NCBI GenBank assembly: GCA_020137815.1
Contig: CM035352.1
Location: 4,774,001 to 4,838,000, forward strand
Direction of reading: 5' to 3'
Source: Hormiphora californensis
Taxonomy: Eukaryota > Animalia > Ctenophora
DNA length: 64,000 nt
The translations under genes were made by a program, and so were the position numbers. The notes under the pieces are model-generated. The model did not search any database and had not been told where the DNA came from. It worked only from the letters and a program-made list of their open reading frames with translations. The first letter of the stretch is position 1; the number at the start of each line of letters is the position of its first letter. This document shows, piece by piece, positions 13,314-29,000 of the stretch.

Positions 13314-14375
13314 CACAGTGGGGCAAAATGCTGTTTGACCTGGAAGTAGGAAAAAATAGATTTCTCTTAAAATTTGTCAGTTGGAAGTAATATGTTCAAA
13401 GTTTTACTTGCGACAAACCGGATTGAAAAATATCAATTTTTATGGATTTTATGATCAATTTTAGTCATGCGCATATCGCATTTTCAATTTTGACATTGAA
13501 ATTAGACCTTAATTATATATTCTGCTGTATTCTACTATCTGGTCGGTTTGAAACATCATTTGGCACGTGGTAGTACTGGATAATTGCCAATTTAGTACAA
13601 AAAACCGTTTTAAAATTAATCTTGTCCCTGAAATATGATCGCGCATGAAAAAAAATCGGTTATTTTTCAGTAGAAAAGAACAAATATAGTTCCAGTACAA
13701 CATAGTACAACCATGGGACCTTTTTTATTTCATTCTTTACACCTTCGTGAACACATTTCAACCGCCAGAACCCACCGCCAATGGCCGGAAAGTATTTTTA
13801 CAGCTATTTTTCGATGAAAATTTGCATAAAATTTTAGACTTAAATATTCAAAAGTTACCTAAATCCATCATAATATGTACATATTTTATGTTTTATAGAC
13901 CCAATTCGATGGTAACGATTATATTAGATGGTTTCCTAGCAGTGTTAACTTGAATTGTGCCAAAATTTTGTTTTTTAGGTCAATAAAACGTCAAAAAAGG
14001 CCGAAAATTGACGAAAAACTAGTCCACCCATGGCCATAACCCATTTTAAGGATGGGAAATATGAACTGAAGCCATCTACAATCAATAGTTATGCTGATAC
14101 AGTGTTAAAATCAGCTCTATTGGCGAAATTAGAGCACGAATAGGCTAAAATAACGATTTTTCGCCCAAATCTCAAATTTGGAATAGAAACTTTCCTTGTG
14201 ACTTTTTACAAAAATTCATTTTACGACCCAACTAAGCTAATTTCGGCTTTCTTGGCTGCTTGAATGAACTTAACAAGTTAAAATAAGCTATTATAGAGTC
14301 ATTTGACCACGAATGTCTCACTACTTTAGCGAAAAACCCCTACTTCCACCTCAAATAGCATTTTGCCCCACTGTG
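13314..14375. mobile_element. Non-autonomous Transib-like DNA transposon (1062 bp)
   Basis: 37-bp TIR CACAGTGGGGCAAAATGCT(G/A)TTTGA(CC/GG)TGGAAGTAGG with 3 mismatches; 5-bp TSD TACCG at 13309-13313 and 14376-14380; no long ORF. Confidence 0.85.
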
Positions 14376-15116
14376 TACCGTCCTTTAATCTGTATTTTGA
14401 ACTCCTGTTGTCATTCCACCATGACCAATGAAGCGATGAATCATCGCTGATGATCTTTACTGTGCCAGAAAAATAGGAAGTATACAGCTTATATCATCTG
14501 CCACCCGACACTATTCTATGAGTCACGTTACCAGTTAGAACATGTGATGTTTGTGAGAGGGGAGGGAGAGAGAGGGTGAGGGAGAGGGAGTGATAGGGAC
14601 AGACAGACAGATAGAGAGACAGAGAGAGAAAGAGAGAGGACGCACACTACCTCCATTTCACTCTCTCTGAGAGGCAGCTGAATTCAAGAATTTACACAAT
14701 GCTTGCCCTGGTTCACCACGCCCCTTGTTTTGAAAAATAAAAAGGGTTCGAGCAAATTCAGCTCAATGAGTATTCACGAAATTTCTTCAACCGATAATCA
14801 CTGGTCACTGGGAAATGGCTGTACTCAGAAAAAGATGCACTTAGGTTTGAATATTTCGGAAAATAATGAAGTCAATTATAGCTCGTCCGCGTCTGTCTCA
14901 TTACGCGTATAAACTTGCACGAGCAGCAATTCGACTAACAGTTTATTTTTTGGTGGTGACCTGGTGAATAAGAGGTTCAGAGGTATAATATAGGATCTTA
15001 TTTGTGTAGCTCACAACGTCATTTTGTTTCAAATGTGTGGCTTCGGTAGATCAAGCTCTTATACCTCTTCAATATTATTATTATAATACTTATATTATTA
15101 TATTATTATTATTATA

Positions 15117-17503
15117 TTAAGCCAAAAACTAATTGGAATTAGTTGGCGGGAAAGGTGGCCCACTTACACCTTTTGCTACTACCGGGTACCACGAACTGTC
15201 ATTCTCTTCACGTCACGTCGGTATCTCAATCTCTCTCTCTCACCCTTTCTCTTTCTCTATTTCACTCACCTCTTATATCCCTGATACATTTTAAAATAAA
15301 ACCCGGCATCAGGCAAAGGTGTAAGTGGGCCACCTTTCCCGCCAACTAATTCCAATTAGTTTTTGGCTTAATTTAGGTCCCTTTTTGGTTTCTAATGTCA
15401 GTATGACATTATTTCATGATGTAAAATTGTCAAAATGATATGTTATATGAGAAACGAGACGAATTTCTGTGAAAATCGTAATTTTGACGTCATTATGACG
15501 TCATCTGACGTAATTAGTGACGTCGTAACGACGTAATTGCATCACAATATATTTTGAATGAATACCCTGAAGGAGCTTGTAAAGTATCATTGACCACAGT
15601 GGTCAGGAAAGAGAGTTTTTGCTCGAAAAACGTTCATTTTACTGAATTTTTCGTCAAATTTTTGAATTCCGACGCGATTTAAGGGCTCAAAATGATGAGC
15701 TACGAAAATTCGCTATATAGTAACTGAAAGTTCAGACAATTTGCCGGTAACGATTTTTCGTCAAATCAGAAATCGGAACACGTCTTCAGGGTGCTAGAGG
15801 CGTTTGAAAACAGTTAGTCGATCTCGCGCAATGACGTCACTCGTGACGTCATTGCGCGCGTCATAGGTAAGATTGAGAGTCGCCACCCAAATGGGTACAT
15901 GCACGAGACAATTATCTGTCGAATGCCGCTTGGTTTAAGGTCGTACGATGTCTGGTTCGTCTCAAACTGGGACCAAACGGAAGGTAATAAAGCGTCTATA
16001 CATCTATCTATCTATCTATCAACCTAGTTATCCCCACACTGAATTTTCTGTTTTGGGGGTGGTGTTATTTAGAGCAAAAACTAATTGAAATTAGTTCGCC
16101 AGAAAGGTGGCCCATTTTGAACTTGCTCCTTCATTTCCGTCACCTTTGAGTTGAGTCTTCAAAGACATTGAGGTATCCGTAAACTTTTCTGCCTTCAACT
16201 CAAAGGTGACGGAAATGAAGGAGCAAGTTCAAAATGGGCCACCTTTCTGGCGAACTAATTTCAATTAGTTTTTGCTCTAAATTTTTACTCTTTTTTGGTC
16301 GTTTGAGGTCATTTATGACCTCAAACAACTAAGATAATTGTCAACTAAAGTGTTCAAATGTAATTCAAATGTATCCTGGGTTGTAGAAAACTGATTTGAC
16401 GAAATTTTCAAAATTCGACGTCATTTTGACGTCGTGACGTCACATGTGACGTCACGACGACGTAAAAAATTATGAGAGACTATTTGGTCAATGAAGCACT
16501 AAACGTGTGAAAAGTTTTAAAGGCAGCAGTAGTCAAGAACTGAAGTTATTGCACGAAATGTGAGTTTTTGTGTAGATTTTCACATCAAATTTTTGAGTTC
16601 CGACGCGTTTTAAGGTCTAAAAATGACAAGTTAGAGAAATTCGTTATATAGTATCTTAAAGTTCAGACAATTTGCCACTAACGATTTTCCGTCAAATCAG
16701 GAATCAGAATACGTCTTGAGGGTGTTAGAGGCGTTTGAAAATATTTGGTCTGAGATTTTTCAATGATGTCACTTTGTGACGTCACTACGGTCGTCATAGT
16801 GGACATTTTCACTTGAAACCTTAACTAATACATGCCCCGAACGATTTCCTAACGGATAAAACTTGGTTCAAGTCTCTAGCTAGTATGGTTCGGGCTACAA
16901 GTGTTACACAGTGAAGCGTCTATATCTATCTATCTATCTATCTATCTATATATATATATATACCTATCGCCACACTGAATTTTCTGTTTTGGGGGTGGTG
17001 TCATAACTTGCGACCTGAATGAGCTAGCTACTTGAAATTTTTACCGTCAGTAGAGGTCTATGTAAAGCTTCTTAGTACCAAATTTCAGCCTCCTAGCTCA
17101 TCTGGTTCCGGAGTTAGGAGGGGTCGAAAAGTGCCAAAATGGGCTAAAACTTCAAAATTGTTATATCTACGCTGTTGGCAAGCGGGCCCACTTTTTCGGG
17201 AAAAGTTTTTGGGGGGATGGAATGGGGCCACCTTTGCGCTTGCCAGCGCAGTGATAACTTTTGAACAAAATGAGCTAGCCACTTGAAATTTTTACCATCG
17301 ATAGATGTCTACAAGAAGCTTCTGAGTACAAAATTTCAGTTTCCTAGCTCATCCGGTTCCGGAGTTATGGCGTGTCAAAAAGTGCCAAAATGGGCTAAAA
17401 GTATAAAATAACTATATATACGCTGTGAGCAAGCGGGCCGTTTTTTGGGGGAATTTTTTTCTGGGGGTTGGATGGGGCCACCTTTGCGCTTGCCAGCGCA
17501 GTG
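15117..17503 (+). mobile_element. Helentron/HINE (DINE-1-like) non-autonomous element A, interrupted by related element B
   Basis: 5' foldback (15115-15372) containing AAGGTGGCCC; (TATC)n microsatellite at about 16000; 3' GGGCCACCTT followed by the stem-loop TGCGCT-TGCC-AGCGCA; sits in a (TAT)n tract with no TSD. Confidence 0.65.
16068..17253 (+). mobile_element. Helentron/HINE-like element B nested in element A
   Basis: Same architecture: near-perfect palindrome 16067-16282, (TATC)n at about 16925 and identical 3' stem-loop. Removing B rejoins A as ...GGTGGTGTTATAACTT..., matching B's own internal GGTGGTGTCATAACTT. Confidence 0.7.
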
Positions 17504-17518
17504 ATTATTATTATAATA

Positions 17519-18366
17519 CAGTCGGACCCCGATTTAGTGGCCCCCGATTTAGTGGCACCCCGATTTAGTGGCGGGATTTTTTTCCCCCAAAAATTTTTTT
17601 GGATTTTTTTTTATGAAATTTTTGTGAACATTTTTCAAAGGAATACCAGCCACGTCCGAATCGTGTTTCGAATCAGTGAATCTTATTGCATGTCCTGCTG
17701 CTAATTAGACGGTTCGGAACGAACCGATACGTGATCCCCATGGGGCCATAGAATCATAAGTTCACCCAGCGTCAAAATTTCGATTTGATGGGGATCACGT
17801 TTCGATTCGTTCCGAACCGTCTAATTAGCAGCAGGACGTGCGATAAGATGCACCGATTCGAAACACGATTCGGAAGTGGCTGGTATACCAGCCTTTAAAA
17901 AATTTTGAAACTTTTTTTTGCAAAATTTTACAGTACGATTGTCAATGCTTTGATCGGTGCTCCCCATAAATTTTGAGAGAAAAAGTTATTTTGAAATTTC
18001 GAGACTTCCTCACCCGCTTAGGGTGCCCCGATTCGGCATGGTATCACGTATCGGTTCGTTTCGAACCCGCTAATTAGACAGGACATCCAGGAAGCTGCAC
18101 CGATTCCAAACACAAATCGGACGGGCTGGTATAACTTAGAAAATTTTTCACAATTTTTTTGAAAAAGTTATTTCATAGTTTTCTATTTCTAATCAGAAAT
18201 GATCATGATCATATTGCATATAACAGTTAGAGGTGTCTTAGTATAGCATTTTGGGCATAAAATAGGTTTTTATGGGCCAAATATGGCTCACCCCGATTTA
18301 GTGGCACCCCGATTTAGTGGCAGGATTTTTTTCCCCCGAGGATGCCACTAAATCGGGGTCCGACTG
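17519..18366. mobile_element. Tc1/mariner (pogo-type) MITE, long member (848 bp)
   Basis: Same TIR as 9802-9973, TA TSD, subterminal CCCCGATTTAGTGG repeats, internal ~100-bp inverted pair (17640-17745 / 17790-17890) and a third copy at about 18036-18132. Confidence 0.85.
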
Positions 18367-18553
18367 TACTTCAGATTCAACTTTTAATTTAAAATCTTTT
18401 CTCTCGGCAGCGTCCTCGCCACCATCTCATTGATAGTCATTTGTTCACAACTGGCAATTATCATTTTGACTTTGAGTTCTACAGATCCCTGTTCGGTTGA
18501 GTAAGGACAAGTTTTTCAGGGACGTCCTTCATTTATACTACAGGGTTCTACAA

Positions 18554-18588
18554 TCTCTCTCTCACACTCTCTCTCTCTCTCTCACACA

Positions 18589-18669
<81 letters not shown>

Positions 18670-18698
18670 TCTCTCTCTCACTCTCTCTCTCTATCTCT
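18554..18698. repeat. (CT)n microsatellite
   Basis: CT dinucleotide run. Confidence 0.95.
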
Positions 18699-19178
18699 AC
18701 TAAACCATGGCTGTAGTGGTGGTGCCATCCATCTGCTGCAGCAGCTGCTTTATGGTTCCCCATGCTGATCTGTCATTAGCCACAGAGCTGGCTCCTACAG
18801 ACTACCTCTCCTTTTCTCTCTACTTCTCTCTACCTCTCTCATACAGACTACCCCTCCCTTTCCCTCTCTACCTATCAAGAAGCTATGAATTATATATAGA
18901 AGCTATGAATTATATATGTGGCGGGGGCAAGTGAAGGCACGGGCGCATCTTATCAACAAAGGTCCCTCTCTGTAATTGTAGGGTACTATATTGCATAATT
19001 AGACTGCTAAATGTTGGTCAGAATGTGCAGGACCCAGGACTAGGAGATTATCTGAATATAATAACACTGCACGTGGACCCAGGGGCTGAGAAACAATATA
19101 TACTTTGTTTATCTCACAAAATGTGTTTAAATGTTCATCAGAATATCAGATCCGTCAGATTAATCGCCTGTCTCCTTG

Positions 19179-19273
19179 TTGGTATCCAAGACACCTCACA
19201 CTCAGGCCGCTTCGCGGCCTTCGTTTGGTGCGCTTCGCGCGCCGGCAAGGGAGGGGTAACTTCGTTACCAAGT
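19179..19273. repeat. Short (~95 bp) interspersed repeat; second copy at 23210-23300
   Basis: TTGGTATCCAAGACACCTCACACTC...GGCAAGGGAGGGGTAACTTCGTTACCAAGT shared by both loci; terminal hairpin GGTAAC-TTC-GTTACC. Confidence 0.75.
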
Positions 19274-19604
19274 CTCTTTAACGGTATTGATTGATGTCTG
19301 AAAACTTGAATACCCGTCCGCGCGGACTTATAATTCGTCTTATAAGACTGTTATAGATAGCGGAGGACGCGTCCTCCCCCATCTATAACAGTCTTCCATC
19401 CCTCATCAGTTTACTGTGTAAGACTAAGAGCATATCCTGATCCGAGAGGTCCCCATTATAATGATAAAATGTGGGCCCCGGGGAAATCACGCTGACTAAA
19501 GTAAAATCCAGTGTAGCCCGGGTATCTCTCTGACAATAATAAGACCGAACCAATAAGTTGAGCAATTTGCTGTTTTTGAGTCGCATTGTTTCGGATACAA
19601 ATTG

Positions 19605-19809
19605 TAGGGTAGCGACAGGCTATTTTAAATGGCGACTAATTTGAAACACCCCCTCTACAGGCCAGCAGGTGCACCAGATTTGGATTTTTAGATATCAATG
19701 ATGTTCTGATTAGCCCACTGATGTCTAAAAATCCAAATCTGGTGCACCTGCTGGACTGTAGAGGGGGTGTTTCAAATTAGCCGCCATTTCAAATAGCCAG
19801 TCTACCCTA
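19605..19809. mobile_element. Palindromic MITE
   Basis: Arms of about 95 bp: TAGGGTAG...CCAGATTTGGATTTTTAGA / TCTAAAAATCCAAATCTGG...CTACCCTA. Confidence 0.75.
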
Positions 19810-20744
19810 TTACAATGAATAATGTTTATGGACTGTTGACGACTCGTAAATTTATTCAGGAAAGAGATAATCAGAAGGTTTTGTCATACATATAACGATA
19901 TCCTCAGTGCTCAAATCAATTTGTTTAAAGCAGTCTAGAAATATTGAATGATAAAACCTGTATCAATGAAGGGTAAGGGTATTAGGAATATATACACCAG
20001 TCACCACGGGACAAAAGTACCCGTACTTTTGTAAGTTTTTCTGTAGGGGAAGGGCCAAGGGTATGCGGATATATTTTAAGGAATTTTAACGAATTTAAAA
20101 TTTAGTCCAATAGGATCTGCAGAAGGGGTCGGGTCATCCAACACTCTATTAGTGTCCTTGCTGCAAGTGCAGATAACAGATCCTAAAGTCCTATAAAGTA
20201 TAAGGACCTAAGTTCTGCAGTACGCTCGACCTTTCTCCGCTTTAACTTTGGGTCACTAGAGAAAATACTACCAATGTTTATGTTGTACTTATGTTGTTCA
20301 GTTCTCACTCTCAGTTATAGCTAACCAGGGATCAGTTGTTGAGTAGGGGTGGGAGATTCTTCCACTCAATAAGGGATCAAAGAAGCTGATACTGAGTGTT
20401 ATAGTGTACAATGATATACAGATCCCCTGTTAGGTCAATGCTCTGATATACAGATCACTCAACAACCACCCCTGTTCCTTAGAACTTCCTGACTTCCAGC
20501 TTCAAACCTTATTAATAAAACAGGAGCTCTATTCCACACGTGTCGACATGTCACGTGACATGAGTTATATTGTCTAAACTTCCCATCCCATTGTCTAACT
20601 TAAACTATGCTTGTTCTTTAGCTCGTTTTATATCTAACGTGAGACTAGAGCTGGGGACTATTTAAGAAATTCTACCTTTTGTTCACAGCTCACCTGTCAC
20701 ATTTCATAGTGACTATCACTATAAGTCTCTTTTAGAGATAGGGT

Positions 20745-22920
<2,176 letters not shown>

Positions 22921-23313
22921 AAGACGCTGAGTAAACCATTATTATAGAGTGTAGTTTTTCTTTTTTATTAGCTTGCTTAGTAAAAATAGTTCCCTTCTAC
23001 CTCGTATTATACCAAAAGGCAAAACTGTCTACCAACAACTATTTTATCAAAAGTTATCTGCTTGTTAAAGCTTACAATTAAAGAATTGTTTGTTCACTAA
23101 TACTAATAACTAAATAATGTAGTGACATTGACACTATAAAAGGTGGAATCAATAAACTCGGATTCAAATCTGCGATTAATTATCCTCGTATCCACGGTTG
23201 GTTATTCCATTGGTATCCAAGACACCTCACACTCTGTTTCGCGGCCTTCGTTTGGCGTGCTTCGTGCGCCGGCAAGGGAGGGGTAACTTCGTTACCAAGT
23301 TATTCCAGTAGTA

Positions 23314-23940
23314 CACGGTGTTCATTTTGGATCTTTACAAGCGTTGGGCTTTACCCAGAAAAAAGTTGACAAGATTAGGTCATGAAACTTCATACTTGGA
23401 CTATTCTATACCCTCATTCAAGGTTCCCGGTGTTTTCGGAGCTCTAGCACCCCGGGAAGTGTGTTTTTGGCATCAAAACTACCAGAAGGAATTTTTTTGC
23501 TGGTGCTGAGACTTTGCTAAAATGTTTTTTGGGTATTTTCTATGTCAACCCCAAAGTTTAATGATGATTGAATGTGTTTTTCGATGTCAAAATTTCGAAA
23601 AAAGTGGCTGGAAAGACTCAATTTTTGCCGTTTTCGAGCCTTTCCAGCCACTTTTTTCGAAATTTTGAGTCCAAAAAATATATCCAATCATCATGAAACT
23701 TTGGAATTGACATAGAAAATACCCAAAAAACATTTTAGCAAAGTCTCAGCACCAGCAAAACATTCCTTCTGGTAGTTTTGATGCCAAAAACACACTTCCC
23801 GGGGTGCTAGAGCTCAGAAAACACCGGGAACCTTGAATGAGGGTATAGAATAGTCCAAGTATAAAGTTTCATGACCTAATCTTGTCAAATTTTTTCTGGG
23901 TGAAGCCCAACGCTTGTAAAGATCCTAAATGAACACCCTG
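23314..23940. mobile_element. Near-fully palindromic Tc1/mariner-type MITE (627 bp)
   Basis: Ends TA|CACGGTGTTCA...TGAACACCCTG|TA with arms of about 290 bp; a partial diverged copy lies in a FATP intron from about 51440. Confidence 0.85.
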
Positions 23941-24137
23941 TATATATCGTGTCCCAGATTGGTATCCTCTCATTTCCTCAATTGCACTGATAAGAGGATT
24001 CGGAGATAACTAATCGCGGATTCAAGAATTTATTATTTTTCTAGCCGTCTTAATTTTTTTATTATTTCTTAAATTCTTAAATTTCTCCGTAGTAAATTAG
24101 CACTTAAACCAACTTGTGGGATTGTAAACTTTTCTCA

Positions 24138-24960
<823 letters not shown>

Positions 24961-26012
24961 CTACCCATTGTTTTTCGTTTGTACACCCGTCTGCCCAAGA
25001 ATAGCATCGTCTGTAACACGTGACAGTCATCTGACCGCTTAACCCCATTGTCAGAGCCCAAGCTAATGGCTTAAGTGACGCCTCAGCCACAAAGCGGTAC
25101 TCGGCACCGTCTGCCGGGGGAGGAGGCGTAAATGGGCAAGGGAGAGCCCATTATCGCGCCGTCACGTGGACTGATAATGGGCACACGTGATGCCCAACAA
25201 CGCGCTGTGCCCTCTCTCCCTATATGCTAGGCAGGAGCTTATTCTCAACACTTCTCTCCGACTCCAGCAGCAGATTCTTCACAACAAGATTTCTCAACGG
25301 CCCCTTGAAATCAACGGCATCTCCCCAATTGTATCCTTTTCTGCAAATTTTAAATAAAATTTGGATTTGTCTTTAAAATAAGGCTTGAGTCATTAAAACC
25401 CGTCATATAGGCTTATCTTTAATATCTTTAATATCTTTAATATCTTTATCTTTTTATTTAATCATTTATTCTACCGTCACCACTCTATATTTAACGGACG
25501 AAAGTCCAATTGCATTTATAAAAGTACCCTCTTTTATTTAAGTTCTTTAAATATTATTTGATGCTTTACCAGCCTCTTAACTAGGTTGAACGACGATTGA
25601 TATCTGGTGGTGTCTGGCTCATATCGTAACAATACATTGACGACAATTGGTGTTACTTTGGTTCTGAATACCTGTATCCTTTATACGCAAATTCAATAAC
25701 AAAATTTTGGTGCATGAAACTTCTCAACCTTCTTGCCTTCTAGAAAGTTCTTGGATTGGATTTAAATTGTTACCCTTGAGTTGCATTAAAGTTCGCCTTA
25801 AGTTGGAAGAGATTAGCGGAGCTTTCCAGTTCCGTTATCTCAATCCCGTTGGGTGCATGGTCCTACCTCTTTACTTTCCTCTTCATTGAATATATTTTGT
25901 ATCAGCTTGCATGAAAATATCTCGCATCTCCGCTGCAGCCCCAGCTGCAATCAAACCTTTTTTCAGATTTGGAGGGATTCGACAATCTTGGTGTGATAAA
26001 AGACAGCGATTG

Positions 26013-29000
26013 ATGATACTAGTAGCAGTAATCACCTATGGTGCTTTCCACCGCGGTCACTGAACTCAATGATCTCAACCTGGAGACCGCAGCCAGCAAA
26101 GATAATGCACCGTTCACGGTCCAGCTTAAAGACTCAACTGGTACTGACACATCGTTACGGTATCTACAAGATCATTATCTACGCAAAGGACTCTACCAGC
26201 TCGATAGCCGGGTGGCAGGTAAGATCACATCTTACTAAGATCTTGACATGCTAAACTAGGTCCCACAATTCAAGCGCGGTGCTATATCTATCGGAGGGGG
26301 GGGGGGGTGGTAACAGTCGAATTAAATAAAAATAAAGGTTACTTTTATTCTTACTGTTCTCGCAGTATTTTGACACATGACATCTTCCTGCAGGTCATTG
26401 CTATCCGACACATTAGGTGTTGTGGATAGCTTCAAAAGTAACGCTGGCTCGACACAAGTACCCTGCAAGGCATCTGAGGCAGACCAGCTCGGGCACGGAT
26501 AGCTTTGAGTGGATCTGTGATGAACGTATAGCAGCGAATAATGTTGAAATCAGCAGTGTCAGCGCAACCACCGACTTGGCAGAGGTCGTCATTGTCGGCT
26601 TTGAGTGGGGTAAGTGGTCTGCAAATGAACATTCCAGCAGAATATAATATAGTGATTTGACTATATAGTGGTAGATCATGAGATATATTTAACCGTATGA
26701 CATGTTTCAGAAAGTTACCCATGCGCAAAAGGCTACTTTTCAACTGACGGAACTAATGGAATTACAACTGGTAACCCGACGTGTGGTGAATGCGATAATG
26801 GTAAGTAAAGTTATATGTCTTCGAGCCTCATCAGATAAATCCTAACAGACACCTTTTTCAAAGAAGCGATATCCTCCTTTCTTGATTATTTCCTTAATTA
26901 ATTCCTTAGTTTTAGTTCCTTAATTAGTTCCTTAATCAGGTTATTATCAAGCTGTGTTCGCATCATGGTCCACAAATGTAACCAGTTGTACGCAGTGTGA
27001 GAGAACCCCCCTCGAGAATTTATACGCAAATGACCTAACTGATAAAGCTGATAAATGTGTGAGCTGTCCCATACCAAAGGTAACAAAGAACAAAAATAAA
27101 ATATTTGTTCTCCATCAGATTATCTACATTTTATTAGTTTTAACCAACAATATACCTGCCCAAATATATAATTAACTTTATACCTTCCATCAGGTTATTT
27201 TCGATACTGATCTGTCAACGTGTGACTTCTGCGAAGCGGGTAAAGAGTACTTTGCTAGCGGTTGCGATGCAACTTTCACCGTACCTACCGACCGAGCAGC
27301 CAACACAGTGAATGCAGTAACAAGTGGGCTATCTTCAACTGGTACGTGAGATTATTGTAGGTAACATGATCTAGTTAAGTTAGATTATAGTTCTGATTCG
27401 TTATTCGTATCCAGCACACCACTCCTAAACCCCTGACCCCATCCCAGACTTCTACTCCACTCCTAACCCCCTGACCCCATCTCAGACCTCTATACACCAC
27501 TCCTAACCCCCTGACCCCATCCTAGACCTCTACACCACTCCTAACCCCCTGACCCCATCTCAGGCCTCTATGCACCACTCCTAACCCCCTGACCACATCC
27601 CAGACCTCTACTGCACCACTCCTAACCCCCTGACTCCATCCCAGACCTCTACACCACTCCTAACCCCCTGACCCTATCCCAGACCTCTACACTACTCTTA
27701 ACCCCCTGACTCCATCCCAGACCTCTAAACCACTCCTAATTAACCCCCTGAACCCATCCCACAGCGGGGTGTACGACCGTCAACTGTGTCGATTGTCCTG
27801 ATGGGACCTACAATGGCAACAACTCGCCCAACTTTTGTAAGCAGTGCGCTGATGGTGAAGTACCAAACACTGGTAAATCAGCCTGCGATCAATGTCAAGC
27901 GGTAAGTGTTTAACATAACAAGTGACAGATCTCTGGTCATTCAATTCCGTAGGTTCCAATAGGAATTATTCATTAAATATTTCCTACTCTAGTAGAGTAA
28001 CTCTACATTGTCTATTTTTCAGGGTACATACATGAACGCCGGTAGAACAGCTTGCGATGCTTGTGAAGCGGGCAAAATATCTGTAAATGGGGCTACATCG
28101 TGTGCGTTTTGTGCCAGTGCAGGGGATTACACGGACGATAAAATCAACTGTAAAACATGCCCAGATGTACGTATACTGTATCATTTATAATAATATTTGG
28201 TAATCTAGGAGTAGTATAGTTGTTAGACAATAGACATTATTAACCCCCACCCCACTATTTACCCCCACCCCCCCTCTTTCTCTAGGGTGAAGAACCGAAA
28301 ACTACAAGGGACGGCTGTGATGAGTGTGATGCGGGACAGTACAAAAGTAGCTCCATGGATACCTGTGCCACATGTGCTGCAGGATCTGTTACTACGACAA
28401 CGGGGAGGTCAGAATGCACAAAATGCCAACCTGTAAGTACTCAAACATCACTCTTCATTTGACCTATATTATATCCTTGGGTATTACTGTTATGTAGTTA
28501 CATAACTTTGCCTTGCTTGACCCTTTTTCACAAATATATATACTTATAGGAGGGTTAGGACATAATCAGTTTTAATTTAGTATAATTAATTAGTAATTGG
28601 TTAGAATTCACCACGTTTCATGTTTTAGGGAACATTTGAAGAGACAAACACCGTTTGTACCAATTGTGACGCTGGCAAGTACCAGGCTGCTGAGGGGAAG
28701 GATTCATGTGACACATGTGATGCAGGAAAATACTCCGAGGCAGGGGCTTCTGTCTGCCTGACCTGTGATCCCGTAAGTACTGCACATTCATCCACTTATT
28801 AACTTATTGACTTATTAATTTATTGAATATAATTGATTGTCAGGCGACTCAATCGTTTCGATGATTTCCCTAAAATACAGGCTCATAAATTAGTGATATA
28901 TTAACACGGCGCTTAATGTTGCAGGGCCAAAGTTTAGACACAGATCAGACGGGGTGCACAGATTGTGAAACGGGATTTTACTCCAACGATCCCTACCCAG

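Noticed and set aside
27416-27764. Interstitial telomere
   Set aside because: Only a single CCTAACCC per ~38-bp unit, not (CCCTAA)n.
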